From contig CAVTJJ010000004.1 of NCBI GenBank assembly GCA_963735035.1, positions 1,440,001 through 1,504,000 on the forward strand: a stretch of 64,000 nucleotides of DNA, written 5' to 3'. The notes beneath the pieces were generated by a model that was not told the origin of the DNA, ran no database searches, and saw only the letters and a program-made list of their open reading frames with translations. This document shows positions 30,456 through 41,332 of the stretch, in pieces. This DNA is from an uncultured candidate division Zixibacteria bacterium. Its GTDB lineage: Bacteria; Zixibacteria; MSB-5A5; GN15; FEB-12. The first letter of the stretch is position 1, and every line of letters begins with the position of its first letter. Made by a program: the position numbers and the translations under genes.

Positions 30456-31598
30456 ATGGATTTCTATCTGACCGAGGACGAACAGGAACTGAAAAAGATG
30501 GCCCGCGATCTGGCGGAGAAACGTATTTATCCGCGTGCTCTCCATATGGACGAAGAGGGCGTTACGCCTCAGGATTTGATCGATGAATGCGCGGAGCTGG
30601 GTTATTTCGGTTTCACGGTTCCGGAGGAATACGGCGGACTGGGCATGAGCGCCACCGCGTTTATGGGCGTGCTGGAGGAAATCTGCGCGGCCTGCGCCGG
30701 GTTCGGCATCATGCTCTCGGTTCACAATTCTCTCACCTGTGAGATCATCAAGCTCTATGGATCGGATGCGCTGAAGCAGAAGTATCTCCCGTCGATGGCG
30801 TCGGGAGAGAAGATCGGTGCGTACTGTATCACCGAGCCCGATGCCGGAACCGATGTTGCCTCGATCAAGACCACCGCGGTGAACAAGGGCGACCACTTTG
30901 TTCTCAACGGTACGAAATCATTCGTCACCAATGCCGGGTTCGCCGGATTGTTCATCGTCTTCGCCAAGACCGATCCCGAAGCGAAACACAAAGGGATGTC
31001 GACTTTCGTGGTGGATGCGGGAACCCCCGGACTCAGTCTCGGTCAGCCGGAAAAGAAATGTGGTATCAAAGCCTCCGATACCCGCGAAATCAGCCTCAAC
31101 GACGTCAAGGTTCCGAAAGAGAACCTGATCGGCAATCTGGGCGACGGTTTCAAGATGTGTGTCGGGATTCTCAATTCCGGTCGCATCGGCGTGTCTTTCC
31201 AGGCGATTGGGATCGCCCAGGCCGCTCTCAAGGAAGCCATCAAGTATTCCAAGGAGCGGGTTCAGTTCGGACAACCGATTGCCAATTTCCAGGCGATACA
31301 GTGGAAGCTCGCCGAAATGGCCACCCGGCTCGACGGCGCCCGCTTGTTGGCGTATCGCGCCGCGCAGTTGAAAGACCAGGGCAAGCCGTGCCATCGGGAA
31401 TCGTCCATGTCGAAGCTGTTCTGTTCACAGATGGCTAATTTTGTTTGCAACGAGGCGGTGCAGATTCACGGCGGCTACGGTTATATCAAAGAGTATGCGG
31501 TGGAGCGGTATTTCCGTGACGCCCGGGTGACCGAATTGTACGAAGGCACGTCGGAGGCCCAGCGGATGGTTATCGCCAAGGATTTGTTGAAGGATTAG
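30456..31598 (+). CDS. Acyl-CoA dehydrogenase (short/branched chain)
   Basis: TEPDAGTD, QIHGGYGY and YEGTSE. Confidence 0.93.
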   Translation: MDFYLTEDEQELKKMARDLAEKRIYPRALHMDEEGVTPQDLIDECAELGYFGFTVPEEYGGLGMSATAFMGVLEEICAACAGFGIMLSVHNSLTCEIIKLYGSDALKQKYLPSMASGEKIGAYCITEPDAGTDVASIKTTAVNKGDHFVLNGTKSFVTNAGFAGLFIVFAKTDPEAKHKGMSTFVVDAGTPGLSLGQPEKKCGIKASDTREISLNDVKVPKENLIGNLGDGFKMCVGILNSGRIGVSFQAIGIAQAALKEAIKYSKERVQFGQPIANFQAIQWKLAEMATRLDGARLLAYRAAQLKDQGKPCHRESSMSKLFCSQMANFVCNEAVQIHGGYGYIKEYAVERYFRDARVTELYEGTSEAQRMVIAKDLLKD

Positions 31599-31601
31599 TC
31601 T

Positions 31602-32747
31602 GTGCTCGATAAGAAACATTTGGAGTATCGCGAGAAGATTCGCGCGTTCTGTTTGGAGAAGATCGAGCCGCAAGCGGCCACGCTCGATCGGGAACAGCGT
31701 TTTCTCGATGAACATATCAAGCCGCTGACCGAGATGGGGCTGTTCTCCTGTCTGATTCCCGAAGCCTATGGCGGGCGGCCGGTCGACACGCTCAGCTATA
31801 TTATCGCGGTCGAAGAAGCTTCGCGCGTCTGTGGCGCCACCGGTATCACACTGGCCGCCCACAACTCGCTCGGCTGCTACCCGATTCTGGAATTCGGGAC
31901 CGAAGATCAGCGTAAGAAGTATCTCCCTCGGGCCGCTAAGGGCGAATTGATCGCATTTGGTTTGTCCGAGCCGGACGCCGGTTCCGATGCCGGCGGTACG
32001 CGTACGGTGGCAATCAAGGGACCGGATGCCTGGGTGATGAACGGCTCCAAGTGCTGGATTACGTCGGCCACCAAAGCGTTCGCCACGATTGCCACGGCTC
32101 GTACTAACGACAATCCTGAAGACAAGCAGATCACCTGCTTCATTGTCGAGAAAGCCTGGAAAGGATTCGCGGTCGGGAAGAAGGAGAACAAGCTGGGACT
32201 GCGCGGCTCGGACACGGCTTTTCTCCATTTCGACGACATGAAAGTGCCGTTCGAGAACCAACTAGGCAAGGTCGGCGACGGTTTCAAGCAGGCCCTTATG
32301 ACGCTTGATGGCGGCCGGATTTCGATTGGCGCGATGGCGCTCGGGTTGGGGCAGGGGGCGCTGGATGTAGCGCTCAAGTATGCTTCGGAACGAGTACAGT
32401 TCGGCAAACCGATTTCCTACAACCAGGCTATCCAGCACCGTCTGGCCGATATGGCGACCGAGATTCAGGCCGCGCGCCTGATGATCTACGAGGCGGCCGT
32501 CATGAAAGACGCCCACGTGCCGTTTGGCAGGCAGTCTGCCATGTGCAAGCTGTATGCGTCGGAAGTGGCCACCCGCGCGGCGTCGAGCGCCATGACTGTC
32601 CTCGGCGCGGTTGGTTACTTGACCGGCCCATATCCTGCGGAACGTATCTGGCGCGACGTCAAGCTGTGCGAGATCGGCGAAGGGACGTCTGAGATTCAGC
32701 GACTGGTGATCGCCCGCGATCTTCTCAAGACGATGCAAACAGTCTAA
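31602..32747 (+). CDS. Acyl-CoA dehydrogenase
   Basis: SEPDAGSD, LDGGRISI and GEGTSEIQR. Confidence 0.93.
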   Translation: MLDKKHLEYREKIRAFCLEKIEPQAATLDREQRFLDEHIKPLTEMGLFSCLIPEAYGGRPVDTLSYIIAVEEASRVCGATGITLAAHNSLGCYPILEFGTEDQRKKYLPRAAKGELIAFGLSEPDAGSDAGGTRTVAIKGPDAWVMNGSKCWITSATKAFATIATARTNDNPEDKQITCFIVEKAWKGFAVGKKENKLGLRGSDTAFLHFDDMKVPFENQLGKVGDGFKQALMTLDGGRISIGAMALGLGQGALDVALKYASERVQFGKPISYNQAIQHRLADMATEIQAARLMIYEAAVMKDAHVPFGRQSAMCKLYASEVATRAASSAMTVLGAVGYLTGPYPAERIWRDVKLCEIGEGTSEIQRLVIARDLLKTMQTV

Positions 32748-32754
32748 ACGCAAT

Positions 32755-32790
32755 ACGGCCCATCGTTGGCATTACGCAATGATGGGCCGT
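32755..32790. terminator. Hairpin between convergent genes
   Basis: ACGGCCCATCGTTG...CAATGATGGGCCGT. Confidence 0.5.
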
Positions 32791-32816
32791 GGTCTATCAG
32801 ACATTCAGGAAGTGGT

Positions 32817-33989
32817 TCACCTGCAAGTGGGGATAGGTCGCTGGTTGACAAATAAGCAATCGATTAGCACGACGATGTCGCCTATCGATACCTGGCCGTC
32901 GCAATTGAAATCACCCGGGGGATATATCTTAGCCTCGATCACGTTCAAGGCGACGTCCAGCGTCGAGGGAAGGAAGCTAGCGTCGGCCGGACTGACATTA
33001 GAGAACGTTATCTGACCGGCATAGCTTCCGGGCGCAAGCGTTGAGGCGTCAGCTCTTACGTTGATCGTGGCCGGCGTCGTGTAGGTTGCTGAAGGATTCT
33101 CAATGGCGATCCAACTGTCCGAAGCTGCTACGTTGAATGATACCGACCCCAGATCAGAAGTAAAGGTCACAGGGTAAGTTGCGGTGGACCAGTATCCACC
33201 CTCTGATTCCATACTGAGAGGAGCCGGCGAAACGGTCACGTTAGGAGTTGGTACCGGATTCTGATAATACTGAATTACCGGGGAATAGAGATCGCCGCCT
33301 TTCGAGACCGCCGGTCTTAGTTTCAAGCTGTCGCTTCGGACTATGCCTTCGCAGACAATGTTGGCCGAACCTGGGGCGACTCGGCGGAAGACTAACTCGA
33401 AAAGCGAATGACGACCGGCCAGTTGCGGTTCTGGACTATCCCACATCGGGTCGCACCCCATCATTATGGCCGTATCCGAGGCTATCTTCTGACCAACGCA
33501 CATCAACCCGTGCTCAGTATCAATGCGACTAAGATTGAACAGCCCTGGACCATTTGTCTCGAAGGTCTGCGTTGGTAAGTAGATGGCCCGCGTGCCGGTC
33601 TCAAGAGATGTGATGATGGGAAGCGTCACCGAATCTACATTATCCGGTATGCTCACCATGTAGGGCAGGAAGATAGTGTCGTTCAGTGAAGGTTGGAAGG
33701 TATAGACGTCCTGAATTGAACAATCGGGAATGGATCCCGCCGTAAAAATGTAATCGGTTATCCACTGGGCATCGCCAATCGTTACTCCCAAGCGATTGTC
33801 ACAGTCGGCCCCCGGACTTAAGATATCTCCATATGAAAGGTATTGAAAAATCTTTACGACATCCCCGATATTGACAGTCCTATTACCGTCAGCATCGCCA
33901 CAGACCGTCTGTGATTGTATCGCCGGGGATCCACATAACAGTGCTACCGTTACCAAGAGAATGTATTTGAGTCTCACAGTATACCTCAT
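32817..33989 (-). CDS. Secreted dockerin-like/BACON-like protein, paralogue 1
   Basis: Signal peptide; CGDADGNRTVNIGD; SDSWI and GSYAGQITF (BACON-like); C-terminal GDFNCDGQVSIGD. Confidence 0.8.
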   Translation of the reverse strand: MRYTVRLKYILLVTVALLCGSPAIQSQTVCGDADGNRTVNIGDVVKIFQYLSYGDILSPGADCDNRLGVTIGDAQWITDYIFTAGSIPDCSIQDVYTFQPSLNDTIFLPYMVSIPDNVDSVTLPIITSLETGTRAIYLPTQTFETNGPGLFNLSRIDTEHGLMCVGQKIASDTAIMMGCDPMWDSPEPQLAGRHSLFELVFRRVAPGSANIVCEGIVRSDSLKLRPAVSKGGDLYSPVIQYYQNPVPTPNVTVSPAPLSMESEGGYWSTATYPVTFTSDLGSVSFNVAASDSWIAIENPSATYTTPATINVRADASTLAPGSYAGQITFSNVSPADASFLPSTLDVALNVIEAKIYPPGDFNCDGQVSIGDIVVLIDCLFVNQRPIPTCR

Positions 33990-34046
33990 AGTCAAATTTT
34001 GTCTCAGTCGTATCCGAGTGACTTCTCGTCGATCATGGCTAGTCGC

Positions 34047-35207
34047 CTACTCGCAAGTGGGTATCGGTCGCGTATTTATGAAGAGGCAATCGATCATCAA
34101 GACGATGTCACCAATCGATACCTGGCCATCGCAGTTGAGATCACCCGGCGGGTACACGAGGGACGGGGTGACTGTCAACGTGATGTCAATCGCCGGCGGA
34201 ATGAAATCAGCATCGGCCGGACTGACCTCAGAAAACGTGATTTGTCCCGCATAGCTTCCGGCGGTCAGCGCCATCGCGTTGGCTCTGACGTTGAAAGTAG
34301 CCGGAGTCGTGTAGCCGGTCGGAGAGGGATCCTGGATAACAATCCAATTGTCAGATGCGGTCACCTTGAACGAGACCGGCCCCATATTTGAAGTGAATGA
34401 AACGGGATATGAGGCGGTCGACCAGAATCCGGCTTCAGCATCCATGCTCAGCGACGAAGGGGTGGTCGTGACGACCGGAGTAGGCAACGGAAGCTGATAG
34501 TACTGAATGACCGGCTTGTACAGGTCGCCGTTCTTTTCGACGGTGGGTATCCATTGCTGCGAACGCAAAACAGCGTTACAGTTTATCGCCGCCAGCCCGT
34601 TCTTAATCCGGTGAAACACGAGACCGAAGAAAGTGTGTCGTCCTCCGAGGACTGCACCGCTCAAACCAACTTCCGTACCCTGCATGATAGCAGTGTCGGG
34701 AATATCTTTCATCCCCATGCCAATCGAGAAATCTTCCACATTCGTGACCGACCTGAACTCGAAAAGTCCCGGGCCGTTGGTCTCAAAGGTCTGGCAGGGG
34801 ATGTAGAATGCCCTGGTGTCACTGGCAAATGAGGTTATGACCGGCATAAACACTGAGTCCACTTCATCGGGGATGGCAACCATGAAAGGCAGAAATACCG
34901 TATCGTTGGGGGCCGATGCCATGCCGTATGGGGCTTCTAAGAAACAGTCAAGAGTGTAGTCCCCGTAGAAGAGATATCGTGTCATCGCCTCGACATCTCC
35001 GATAGTGATTCCGTAACGATTATCGCAGTCAGCCGAGGTATCTATCGTGGTGGGGGGACCTTGCCACAAATAAGTGAGAGTTTGGACAAGGTCACCAATT
35101 GAAACAACGCCGTTGCCGTTAACATCTCCGCACACGTCTTGAGAGAACGAGGGAACCGACGACAGACTCAGAACCGACAGTGCGATCAGGAACGTTCGGC
35201 ACTTCAC
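34047..35207 (-). CDS. Secreted dockerin-like/BACON-like protein, paralogue 2
   Basis: Colinear paralogue of 32817-33989; GGAGG RBS before GTG. Confidence 0.8.
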   Translation of the reverse strand: MKCRTFLIALSVLSLSSVPSFSQDVCGDVNGNGVVSIGDLVQTLTYLWQGPPTTIDTSADCDNRYGITIGDVEAMTRYLFYGDYTLDCFLEAPYGMASAPNDTVFLPFMVAIPDEVDSVFMPVITSFASDTRAFYIPCQTFETNGPGLFEFRSVTNVEDFSIGMGMKDIPDTAIMQGTEVGLSGAVLGGRHTFFGLVFHRIKNGLAAINCNAVLRSQQWIPTVEKNGDLYKPVIQYYQLPLPTPVVTTTPSSLSMDAEAGFWSTASYPVSFTSNMGPVSFKVTASDNWIVIQDPSPTGYTTPATFNVRANAMALTAGSYAGQITFSEVSPADADFIPPAIDITLTVTPSLVYPPGDLNCDGQVSIGDIVLMIDCLFINTRPIPTCE

Positions 35208-35465
35208 AACTTCACCTCCTGGGCAGACGCGTTTCCCCGACCTTAACGTGAAGCTCCAAGTTTGTAAAAAAATGCCCTTGGACCGAGATGTATTGGCCGG
35301 GCTGATTTTTCTGGTATCCTTAGCTAGTAATACTAGTTTGCCGATATTCTTGCAAGGTTTTTCTCAGAGAGTGGGGATGTCCGTGCGGTTTCAAAAGTCC
35401 TTGTTGCGCGGAAAGATCGTCAAAGTTATAATCTCCCTGATAGACTACCTAAGGAGTGTAAGTTC

Positions 35466-36041
35466 ATGTATAGTAAGGCTCGTAGCATAACAATATTCGA
35501 TCTGGTCAAACCATCCAGCCTCTGGATGGAAATCCCCATCCTGATCGGATTCAATCTTATTCTGGTCGGATGCGCCTACCTGACCATAAATCTTCCTTTC
35601 TCGCCCGTTCCGATTACCGGGCAAACGTTCGGCGTGCTTCTGGTTGCCATGGCACTCGGTCGGGTACGGGGGAGTGGGGTCGTACTCGCGTATCTCGCCG
35701 AAGGTGCTGCTGGATTGCCAGTGTTCGCGGGTGGCGCGGCCGGAGCCGGAGTACTAGTAGGTCCGACCGGCGGCTATCTGGTCGGCTTCCTGGCCGCCGC
35801 GTATGTGACCGGATGGATGGCGGATCTTGGATGGGACCGTGGCTACATCAAGTCTACGGTAGCTATGCTGGGGGGCACTTTGATCATCTTCGCCTGTGGC
35901 TTGGCTCAGCTTAGCGTCTTTGTTCCGGCTGGTGTGGTGTTGACAATGGGACTTTACCCGTTTATCGCCGGTGGAGTGGTCAAGATCGCGGCCGCTGCCA
36001 TAGTGCTGCCGTCGATTTGGAAGTTCATTAACCGCAAATAG
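35466..36041 (+). CDS. bioY: Biotin transporter BioY
   Basis: PVPITGQT, GLPVFAG and GPTGGYLVGF. Confidence 0.93.
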   Translation: MYSKARSITIFDLVKPSSLWMEIPILIGFNLILVGCAYLTINLPFSPVPITGQTFGVLLVAMALGRVRGSGVVLAYLAEGAAGLPVFAGGAAGAGVLVGPTGGYLVGFLAAAYVTGWMADLGWDRGYIKSTVAMLGGTLIIFACGLAQLSVFVPAGVVLTMGLYPFIAGGVVKIAAAAIVLPSIWKFINRK

Positions 36042-36078
36042 ATAGCAATAGCAGCTTCAAGTAGAAATTCTACTCACC

Positions 36079-36113
36079 GAGGCCGACCGGTTCACCCCGG
36101 TCGGCCTTTTGTT
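36079..36113 (+). terminator. Intrinsic terminator after bioY
   Basis: AGGCCGACCGG...CCGGTCGGCCT followed by TTTGTT. Confidence 0.75.
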
Positions 36114-36206
36114 GTGGTGTGGGGAAACCGGTTGAAACGAAGCCTTTGTTCTAGTATCATCTGACGTTGCGACAGTAGTGTAGAACAACCCGGAGGTAGT
36201 TAGCGA

Positions 36207-37157
36207 ATGCAGACTTGCGAATATATTTGGATGAACGGCAAGCTGGTGAAGTGGGACGACGCCAGGATACATGTCCTTTCTCATGTTGTCCATTACGGCT
36301 CATCGGTGTTTGAGGGGATGCGGGCGTACAAATCGGATAGCGGTCCGATCCTGTTTCGCCTGCGCGAGCACTCGGCCCGGCTTCTCAATTCGGCCAAGAT
36401 TTACCGCATGGCGGTCGAATATACGGTCGAGCAGATCGACCAGGCGATCATCGATCTGATCGACGTCAACAAGCTTGAAGCCTGTTATGTCCGTCCGGTC
36501 ATATTCCGAGGCTACGGTGCGCTCAAAGTTGACCCGGTTGATTGCCCGGTCGAATTTGCGATCGCCGTCTGGCCCTGGGGGAAATACCTCGGCGATGACG
36601 CCATCGAAAAGGGCGTGCGGGTTTGTGTGTCCTCGTGGCGGCGTCTTGCACCGGATACCATGCCGGCCATGGCGAAAGCGGGCGGCAACTATATGGGCAG
36701 TCAGCTCATCAAGCTCGAAGCGCGCCGCCTTGGTTACGACGAAGGCATCGGGCTCGACTATCACGGCTGTGTTTCCGAAGGGTCCGCCGAGAATATCTTC
36801 CTCGTCAAAGATGGCGTCTTGATCACGCCGCCGTTTTCATCGTCGGTGCTTCCGGGCATTACGAGAAACACCGTGATGACAATCGCGAAGGATCTCGGCA
36901 TTGAAGTCAAAGAGCAAAGCATCCCGCGCGAGTTCTTATATATCGCCGACGAAGTATTCTTCACCGGTTCGGCCGCTGAAATCTCCCCGGTGGCAGAGAT
37001 CGATGATCTCCCGGTGGGCGCAGGGAAGCGCGGTGCGATGACCAAGCGATTGCAACAAGCGTTCTTCGACGTTGTTCAAGGAAAGACAGTCGACAAGTAC
37101 GGCTGGCTGACGTATGTTCGTCAGAAGGCGAACAAGAAGATAGAGGTTCCAGCGTAG
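36207..37157 (+). CDS. ilvE: Branched-chain amino acid aminotransferase
   Basis: [24 protein letters not shown] and LPGITR. Confidence 0.95.
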   Translation: MQTCEYIWMNGKLVKWDDARIHVLSHVVHYGSSVFEGMRAYKSDSGPILFRLREHSARLLNSAKIYRMAVEYTVEQIDQAIIDLIDVNKLEACYVRPVIFRGYGALKVDPVDCPVEFAIAVWPWGKYLGDDAIEKGVRVCVSSWRRLAPDTMPAMAKAGGNYMGSQLIKLEARRLGYDEGIGLDYHGCVSEGSAENIFLVKDGVLITPPFSSSVLPGITRNTVMTIAKDLGIEVKEQSIPREFLYIADEVFFTGSAAEISPVAEIDDLPVGAGKRGAMTKRLQQAFFDVVQGKTVDKYGWLTYVRQKANKKIEVPA

Positions 37158-37178
37158 AACGTGGGCACGCAAGAGAGC

Positions 37179-37395
37179 GTGCCCGGCAGATGCCCACATC
37201 TGCCGGTAGATGTGGCGCCTATAGGTTGTGTCAGTTCCTGCGTCCCCGATTTCAATCGGGGACGTGTGAACTGACACTGCTGGGTTCTAAAGAACGCGTC
37301 AGTTCACACGCTCTCGCCTCGCTTCGCTCGGCCCGAGCGCAGGAACTGACGCAACCGGTTTAGATCGGCTTGCGGCAGACGAGGACGTCTGCCGG
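37179..37395. repeat. REP cluster (GTGC-type; TCAGTTC..GAACTGAC pair; GGCAGACGAGGACGTCTGCC)
   Basis: Palindromes shared with other intergenic regions, e.g. the 37375 element matches ~6057. Confidence 0.8.
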
Positions 37396-37435
37396 CCACA
37401 GAATCGCTGGCTACGGAAAAGGAGTGTTCGTTCAC

Positions 37436-37873
37436 ATGAAAATCGCCGTCGGTGCTGACCACAAAGGGTACCTGTTCAAAGAACGGGTCAAGGCCATGCT
37501 CGAGAAGTGGGGATACACCGTGCTCGACATGGGGACCAATTCCGAGGAGTCGGTGGACTATCCTGATTTCGGGGCGAAGGTGGCGCACGCTGTCGCCGAC
37601 GGCAAAGCCGATTTCGGCGTGAACATCTGCTGGACCGGAAACGGGATGGATATCGTCTCGAACAAGGTCAAAGGAGTGCGCGCGGGTATGGCGCTGAACG
37701 TTGAGATGGCCCGCCTGACCCGACTTCACAACGACGCCAACGTCCTGGTGCTTGCTGGTAAGTACACACCTGAAAAAGACTTGGAAGAAATTGTTAAAGT
37801 ATTCGTCGATACTCCCTTTGAGGGCGGCCGTCATGTCGCCCGTGTGAATAAGATCAAAGCGCTGGAGAAGTAG
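37436..37873 (+). CDS. rpiB: Ribose-5-phosphate isomerase B
   Basis: GADH, DYPD, CWTGNG, HNDAN and FEGGRH. Confidence 0.93.
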   Translation: MKIAVGADHKGYLFKERVKAMLEKWGYTVLDMGTNSEESVDYPDFGAKVAHAVADGKADFGVNICWTGNGMDIVSNKVKGVRAGMALNVEMARLTRLHNDANVLVLAGKYTPEKDLEEIVKVFVDTPFEGGRHVARVNKIKALEK

Positions 37874-37887
37874 GGTTTTGGATGAGG

Positions 37888-38087
37888 GCGTGGCGTACCT
37901 CCCGGTGCGCCACGTTTGCTTGTTGGCGCACGAGGACGTACGCCAACCACGGACTGTGATCGGCAGGCCTCTGTGCCTGCCGTTTTGCTTGGCGGCAGGG
38001 CTGGAACCCTGCCGATCGGTGGGCGGAGGGTATGAGTGCGTGGCGTACCTCCCGGTGCGCCACGTTTGCTTGTTGGCGCACGAGGAC
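37888..38087. repeat. 50-bp direct repeat (150-bp period) around a REP doublet
   Basis: GCGTGGCGTACCTCCCGGTGCGCCACGTTTGCTTGTTGGCGCACGAGGAC at 37888 and 38038. Confidence 0.9.
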
Positions 38088-38222
38088 CCGCCGCGGCGGG
38101 CCAACCACAAGCCCTGACACAACGATTTCTTGCTCGATACCACCCCGCAACCAACCGATTGCCCCTTTGGAGCGTTTTACCTACATTACTCTTGCGAAAA
38201 CGTTTACGCGGAGACTAAAGCT

Positions 38223-39470
38223 ATGTCATATTTGAAACAAGTCGATCCTGAAATCTACGATGCCATATTCAAGGAAACCCGTCGCGAGGCCACCAAACTC
38301 GAACTGATCGCGTCGGAGAATTTCGTCTCCGAGGCGGTCCTCGAAGCCCAGGGCGGTGTCATGACCAACAAGTACGCCGAGGGGTATCCAGCCAAGCGGT
38401 ACTACGGCGGGTGCGAGTTTGTCGATATCGCCGAGAACTTGGCCCGTGACCGGGCGAAGCAGTTGTTCGGCGCCGAGCATGTCAATGTCCAGCCGCACTC
38501 CGGTTCGCAGGCGAACATGGGAGTGTATTTCACCGTCCTCAATCCGGGCGACAAAGTCATGGGGCTGGATCTTTCGCACGGCGGCCACCTGACCCACGGC
38601 CACCCGATCAATTTCTCCGGCAAACTATACCAGTTCAAAGGGTATCAGGTTGACAAAGAAACCGAAGTCATCGACTACGACAAGCTGCTCGCCGACGCCA
38701 AAGAGTACCAGCCCAAGATGATTGTCGCGGGGGCGTCGGCCTATCCGCGCTTCTGGGATTTCGACGCCATCCGCCGGGCGTGCGACGCGGTTGGCGCGTA
38801 CATGATGGTCGATATCGCGCATATCGCCGGATTGATAGCGGCGGGTCTGCACCCGTCGCCGGTGCCCATGGCGGATTTTGTCACCACGACCACGCACAAG
38901 ACGCTACGCGGCCCGCGCGGCGGGATGGTCATGTGCAAGGAGAAATACGCCGCCGATCTCGACCGGACGATCATGCCCGGCATCCAGGGCGGCCCGCTCA
39001 TGCATGTTATCGCCGCCAAAGCGGTCGCGTTCAAGGAAGCGCTTCAGCCGGAATTCAAAGCGTATCAGAAACGGATTATCGACAACGCCAAGACGCTCGC
39101 CGAGGAATTGAAGAAGCGCGGGTATCGTCTGGTCGCCGGCGGAACCGATACGCACTTGATGCTGGTTTCATTCATCGACGTCCCCAAAGTCACCGGCAAG
39201 AAGGTCGAAGAGGCGCTCGACAAGGCGGGGATGACGGTCAATAAGAACACGGTCCCGTTCGACCCGGAGAAACCGTTTGTGACCTCGGGCATTCGCATCG
39301 GTACCCCGGCGGTCACCACGCGCGGCATGGGGACGGATGCCATGAAGCAGATCGCGGAGTTTATCGACCGGGCGATCAAGAATCGCAAGGACGACGCCGC
39401 TTTGGCGGGGATCGCCGACGAAGTCGCGAAGTTCTGTCTGAAATACCCGCTCTATGCCGGGCGGATGTAG
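38223..39470 (+). CDS. glyA: Serine hydroxymethyltransferase
   Basis: [14 protein letters not shown] and [14 protein letters not shown]. Confidence 0.97.
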   Translation: MSYLKQVDPEIYDAIFKETRREATKLELIASENFVSEAVLEAQGGVMTNKYAEGYPAKRYYGGCEFVDIAENLARDRAKQLFGAEHVNVQPHSGSQANMGVYFTVLNPGDKVMGLDLSHGGHLTHGHPINFSGKLYQFKGYQVDKETEVIDYDKLLADAKEYQPKMIVAGASAYPRFWDFDAIRRACDAVGAYMMVDIAHIAGLIAAGLHPSPVPMADFVTTTTHKTLRGPRGGMVMCKEKYAADLDRTIMPGIQGGPLMHVIAAKAVAFKEALQPEFKAYQKRIIDNAKTLAEELKKRGYRLVAGGTDTHLMLVSFIDVPKVTGKKVEEALDKAGMTVNKNTVPFDPEKPFVTSGIRIGTPAVTTRGMGTDAMKQIAEFIDRAIKNRKDDAALAGIADEVAKFCLKYPLYAGRM

Positions 39471-39481
39471 GGAGCGTAGAC

Positions 39482-39796
39482 GTGCTGTTTCAACTGACCA
39501 TGTTTCCCACGGTGAAGTCGAGCCGCACCGGTTCGTCTTCGAAAGCAGTGGCGAAAGTGATCGATATCATCGACCGCTCCGGGTTGCCGTACAAGCTGGG
39601 GCCGATGTCGACCACGATCGAGGGCGAGTGGGACGCGGTCATGAAAACTATAAACAAGGCGCGGTTGGCGCTTCGGCGCGAATATCCACGGCTGTATATA
39701 AGTATTACCATCGATGACCGGGCGGGCGCAAAGAAACGGATCACGGGTAAGATCGAGTCGGTGGAAAAACGGCTCGGTCGGAAAGTGAGCAAGTGA
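39482..39796 (+). CDS. MTH1187 family thiamine-binding protein
   Basis: SGLPYKLGPMSTTIEGEWD and IDDR. Confidence 0.88.
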   Translation: MLFQLTMFPTVKSSRTGSSSKAVAKVIDIIDRSGLPYKLGPMSTTIEGEWDAVMKTINKARLALRREYPRLYISITIDDRAGAKKRITGKIESVEKRLGRKVSK

Positions 39797-40129
39797 TGGA
39801 AAACGTCGAGGCCGGTTCGATTCGGGTGGTGTTTATCACGGTCCCGCGAGGCGAGGCGAACAAGCTGGCGCGCGATCTGGTGGAACAGACGGCTGGCGGC
39901 GTGTGTCAATATCATGCCGAAGATCGAGTCGTATTTCTGGTGGGACGATGCCGTCCAGCACGACGAGGAAGCGCTGTTGATCTGCAAGACGACCGAGGCG
40001 AAATTCCAGGCGCTGATGGTGTACACGCAGGAGGCGCATCCGTACGATCTTCCGGAGATCATTTCGTTTCCGCTGACCGACGGTTTGCCGGAGTATCTCG
40101 CGTGGGTTTGTCATGAGACGGAAGGGTAG
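39796..40129 (+). CDS. cutA: Divalent-cation tolerance protein CutA, +1 frameshift near 39889
   Basis: Joined frames give LVEQRLAACVNI, SYFWW and HPYDLPEII. Confidence 0.88.
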
Positions 40130-40294
40130 GTGGATATGAGTTACGACAATCAGGAACCGCGCAAATTCTTAGGCATGAGCGGCAAGGGGTGGGGGATCAT
40201 CGGTGTGATCGTGGGCATCCTGGCCGCGATATTCTACATAGGTAAACGCCGGAAGAACTCGCATGTCGGCAAGTCGTGAGATAGAGGGGTAGGG

Positions 40295-41332
40295 ATGGAA
40301 TTCTTGGGGCTCGAATATTGGTGGTGGGCAATCATAGCGGCGGCGGGTATCGGGGTTATTACCGTTATCTCTAATATCATCATTCATCATAGGCAATCGA
40401 AACACGCAGGCCACGTCGACCAATGGATGGCTTTTGCTTCCAAGATTCTGGAAAAAGTACCGACGCAAATATCGCCCAACGTGATCATTGTTCCACCTGC
40501 AGAGTATCCTCAGATTGAAGAAGAAGCGGGCAAGCGCCTCAAGAAGGGGGAAGAAGTCGACTGCGACGTCCTGCTCAAGATCGGCAACATTGAATTTGTT
40601 CAGGGAAGGTTAGACAGTGCTCGACACTATTATCAGGTTGTCTTGGATCAGGGTAGAAAGAAGAGCAGCAAAGTTGAAATTGCCAATGCTCTTGGCAGCA
40701 TCGGTCTGATCTGCCACTCAAAGGGAGATTGGGATGCGGCTTTGAAGCACTACCACGAAGCACTGGAGCTACACCGTAAGGTGGGCTACCGTCAGGGTGA
40801 GGCCAGTGCTCTCGGCAACATCGGTCTGGTTCACAGTGACAAAGGGGAGCTGGATGAGGGCTTGAAGTTCCACCAAGAGGCGCTGGCGATAGATAGGGAT
40901 AATGGTTATAGCCGGGGTGAGGCGATTGATCTCAACAACATGGGTCTGATCTTCCAAGCAAAGGGTAGTTTGGAAACAGCCTTAGAGCGATATCAGGAGG
41001 CGATGGAGATAAGTCGGAAGATCGGATATCGCCAGGGTGAAGCGGACGCACTTGGCAATATAGGCAACGTGCTCGGTAAGAAGGGGGATTTGAAGTCGGC
41101 CCTGAAGCACCACCAGAAGTCGCTCGTGATTGTTCGAGAAATAAGTTATAAAGAAGATGAGGCGGTTGTCCTTAGCAACATCGGCCTAGTGTATGAGTCC
41201 TTGGGTGACTCAGCCAGTGCTCTTGATAATCTGCGGGCTTCGAAGACTATTTTTGACGCCCATGGTTTCGCATATGGACGAGACATAGTTGAGCGCGCGA
41301 TAGCACGTCTTGAAGTCAAGCAAAAGCCATGA
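40295..41332 (+). CDS. Membrane-anchored TPR protein
   Basis: N-terminal TM helix; repeated GEAxxLGNIG TPR units. Confidence 0.88.
   Translation: MEFLGLEYWWWAIIAAAGIGVITVISNIIIHHRQSKHAGHVDQWMAFASKILEKVPTQISPNVIIVPPAEYPQIEEEAGKRLKKGEEVDCDVLLKIGNIEFVQGRLDSARHYYQVVLDQGRKKSSKVEIANALGSIGLICHSKGDWDAALKHYHEALELHRKVGYRQGEASALGNIGLVHSDKGELDEGLKFHQEALAIDRDNGYSRGEAIDLNNMGLIFQAKGSLETALERYQEAMEISRKIGYRQGEADALGNIGNVLGKKGDLKSALKHHQKSLVIVREISYKEDEAVVLSNIGLVYESLGDSASALDNLRASKTIFDAHGFAYGRDIVERAIARLEVKQKP

Noticed and set aside
35330..35465. BirA operator or sigma28 promoter before bioY
   Set aside because: No TGTAAAC-like inverted repeat was seen, and the GCCGATAT lacks a convincing -35 box.
38100..38222. 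ZTP/glycine riboswitch before glyA
   Set aside because: No recognisable conserved aptamer motif by eye; an Rfam scan would settle it.
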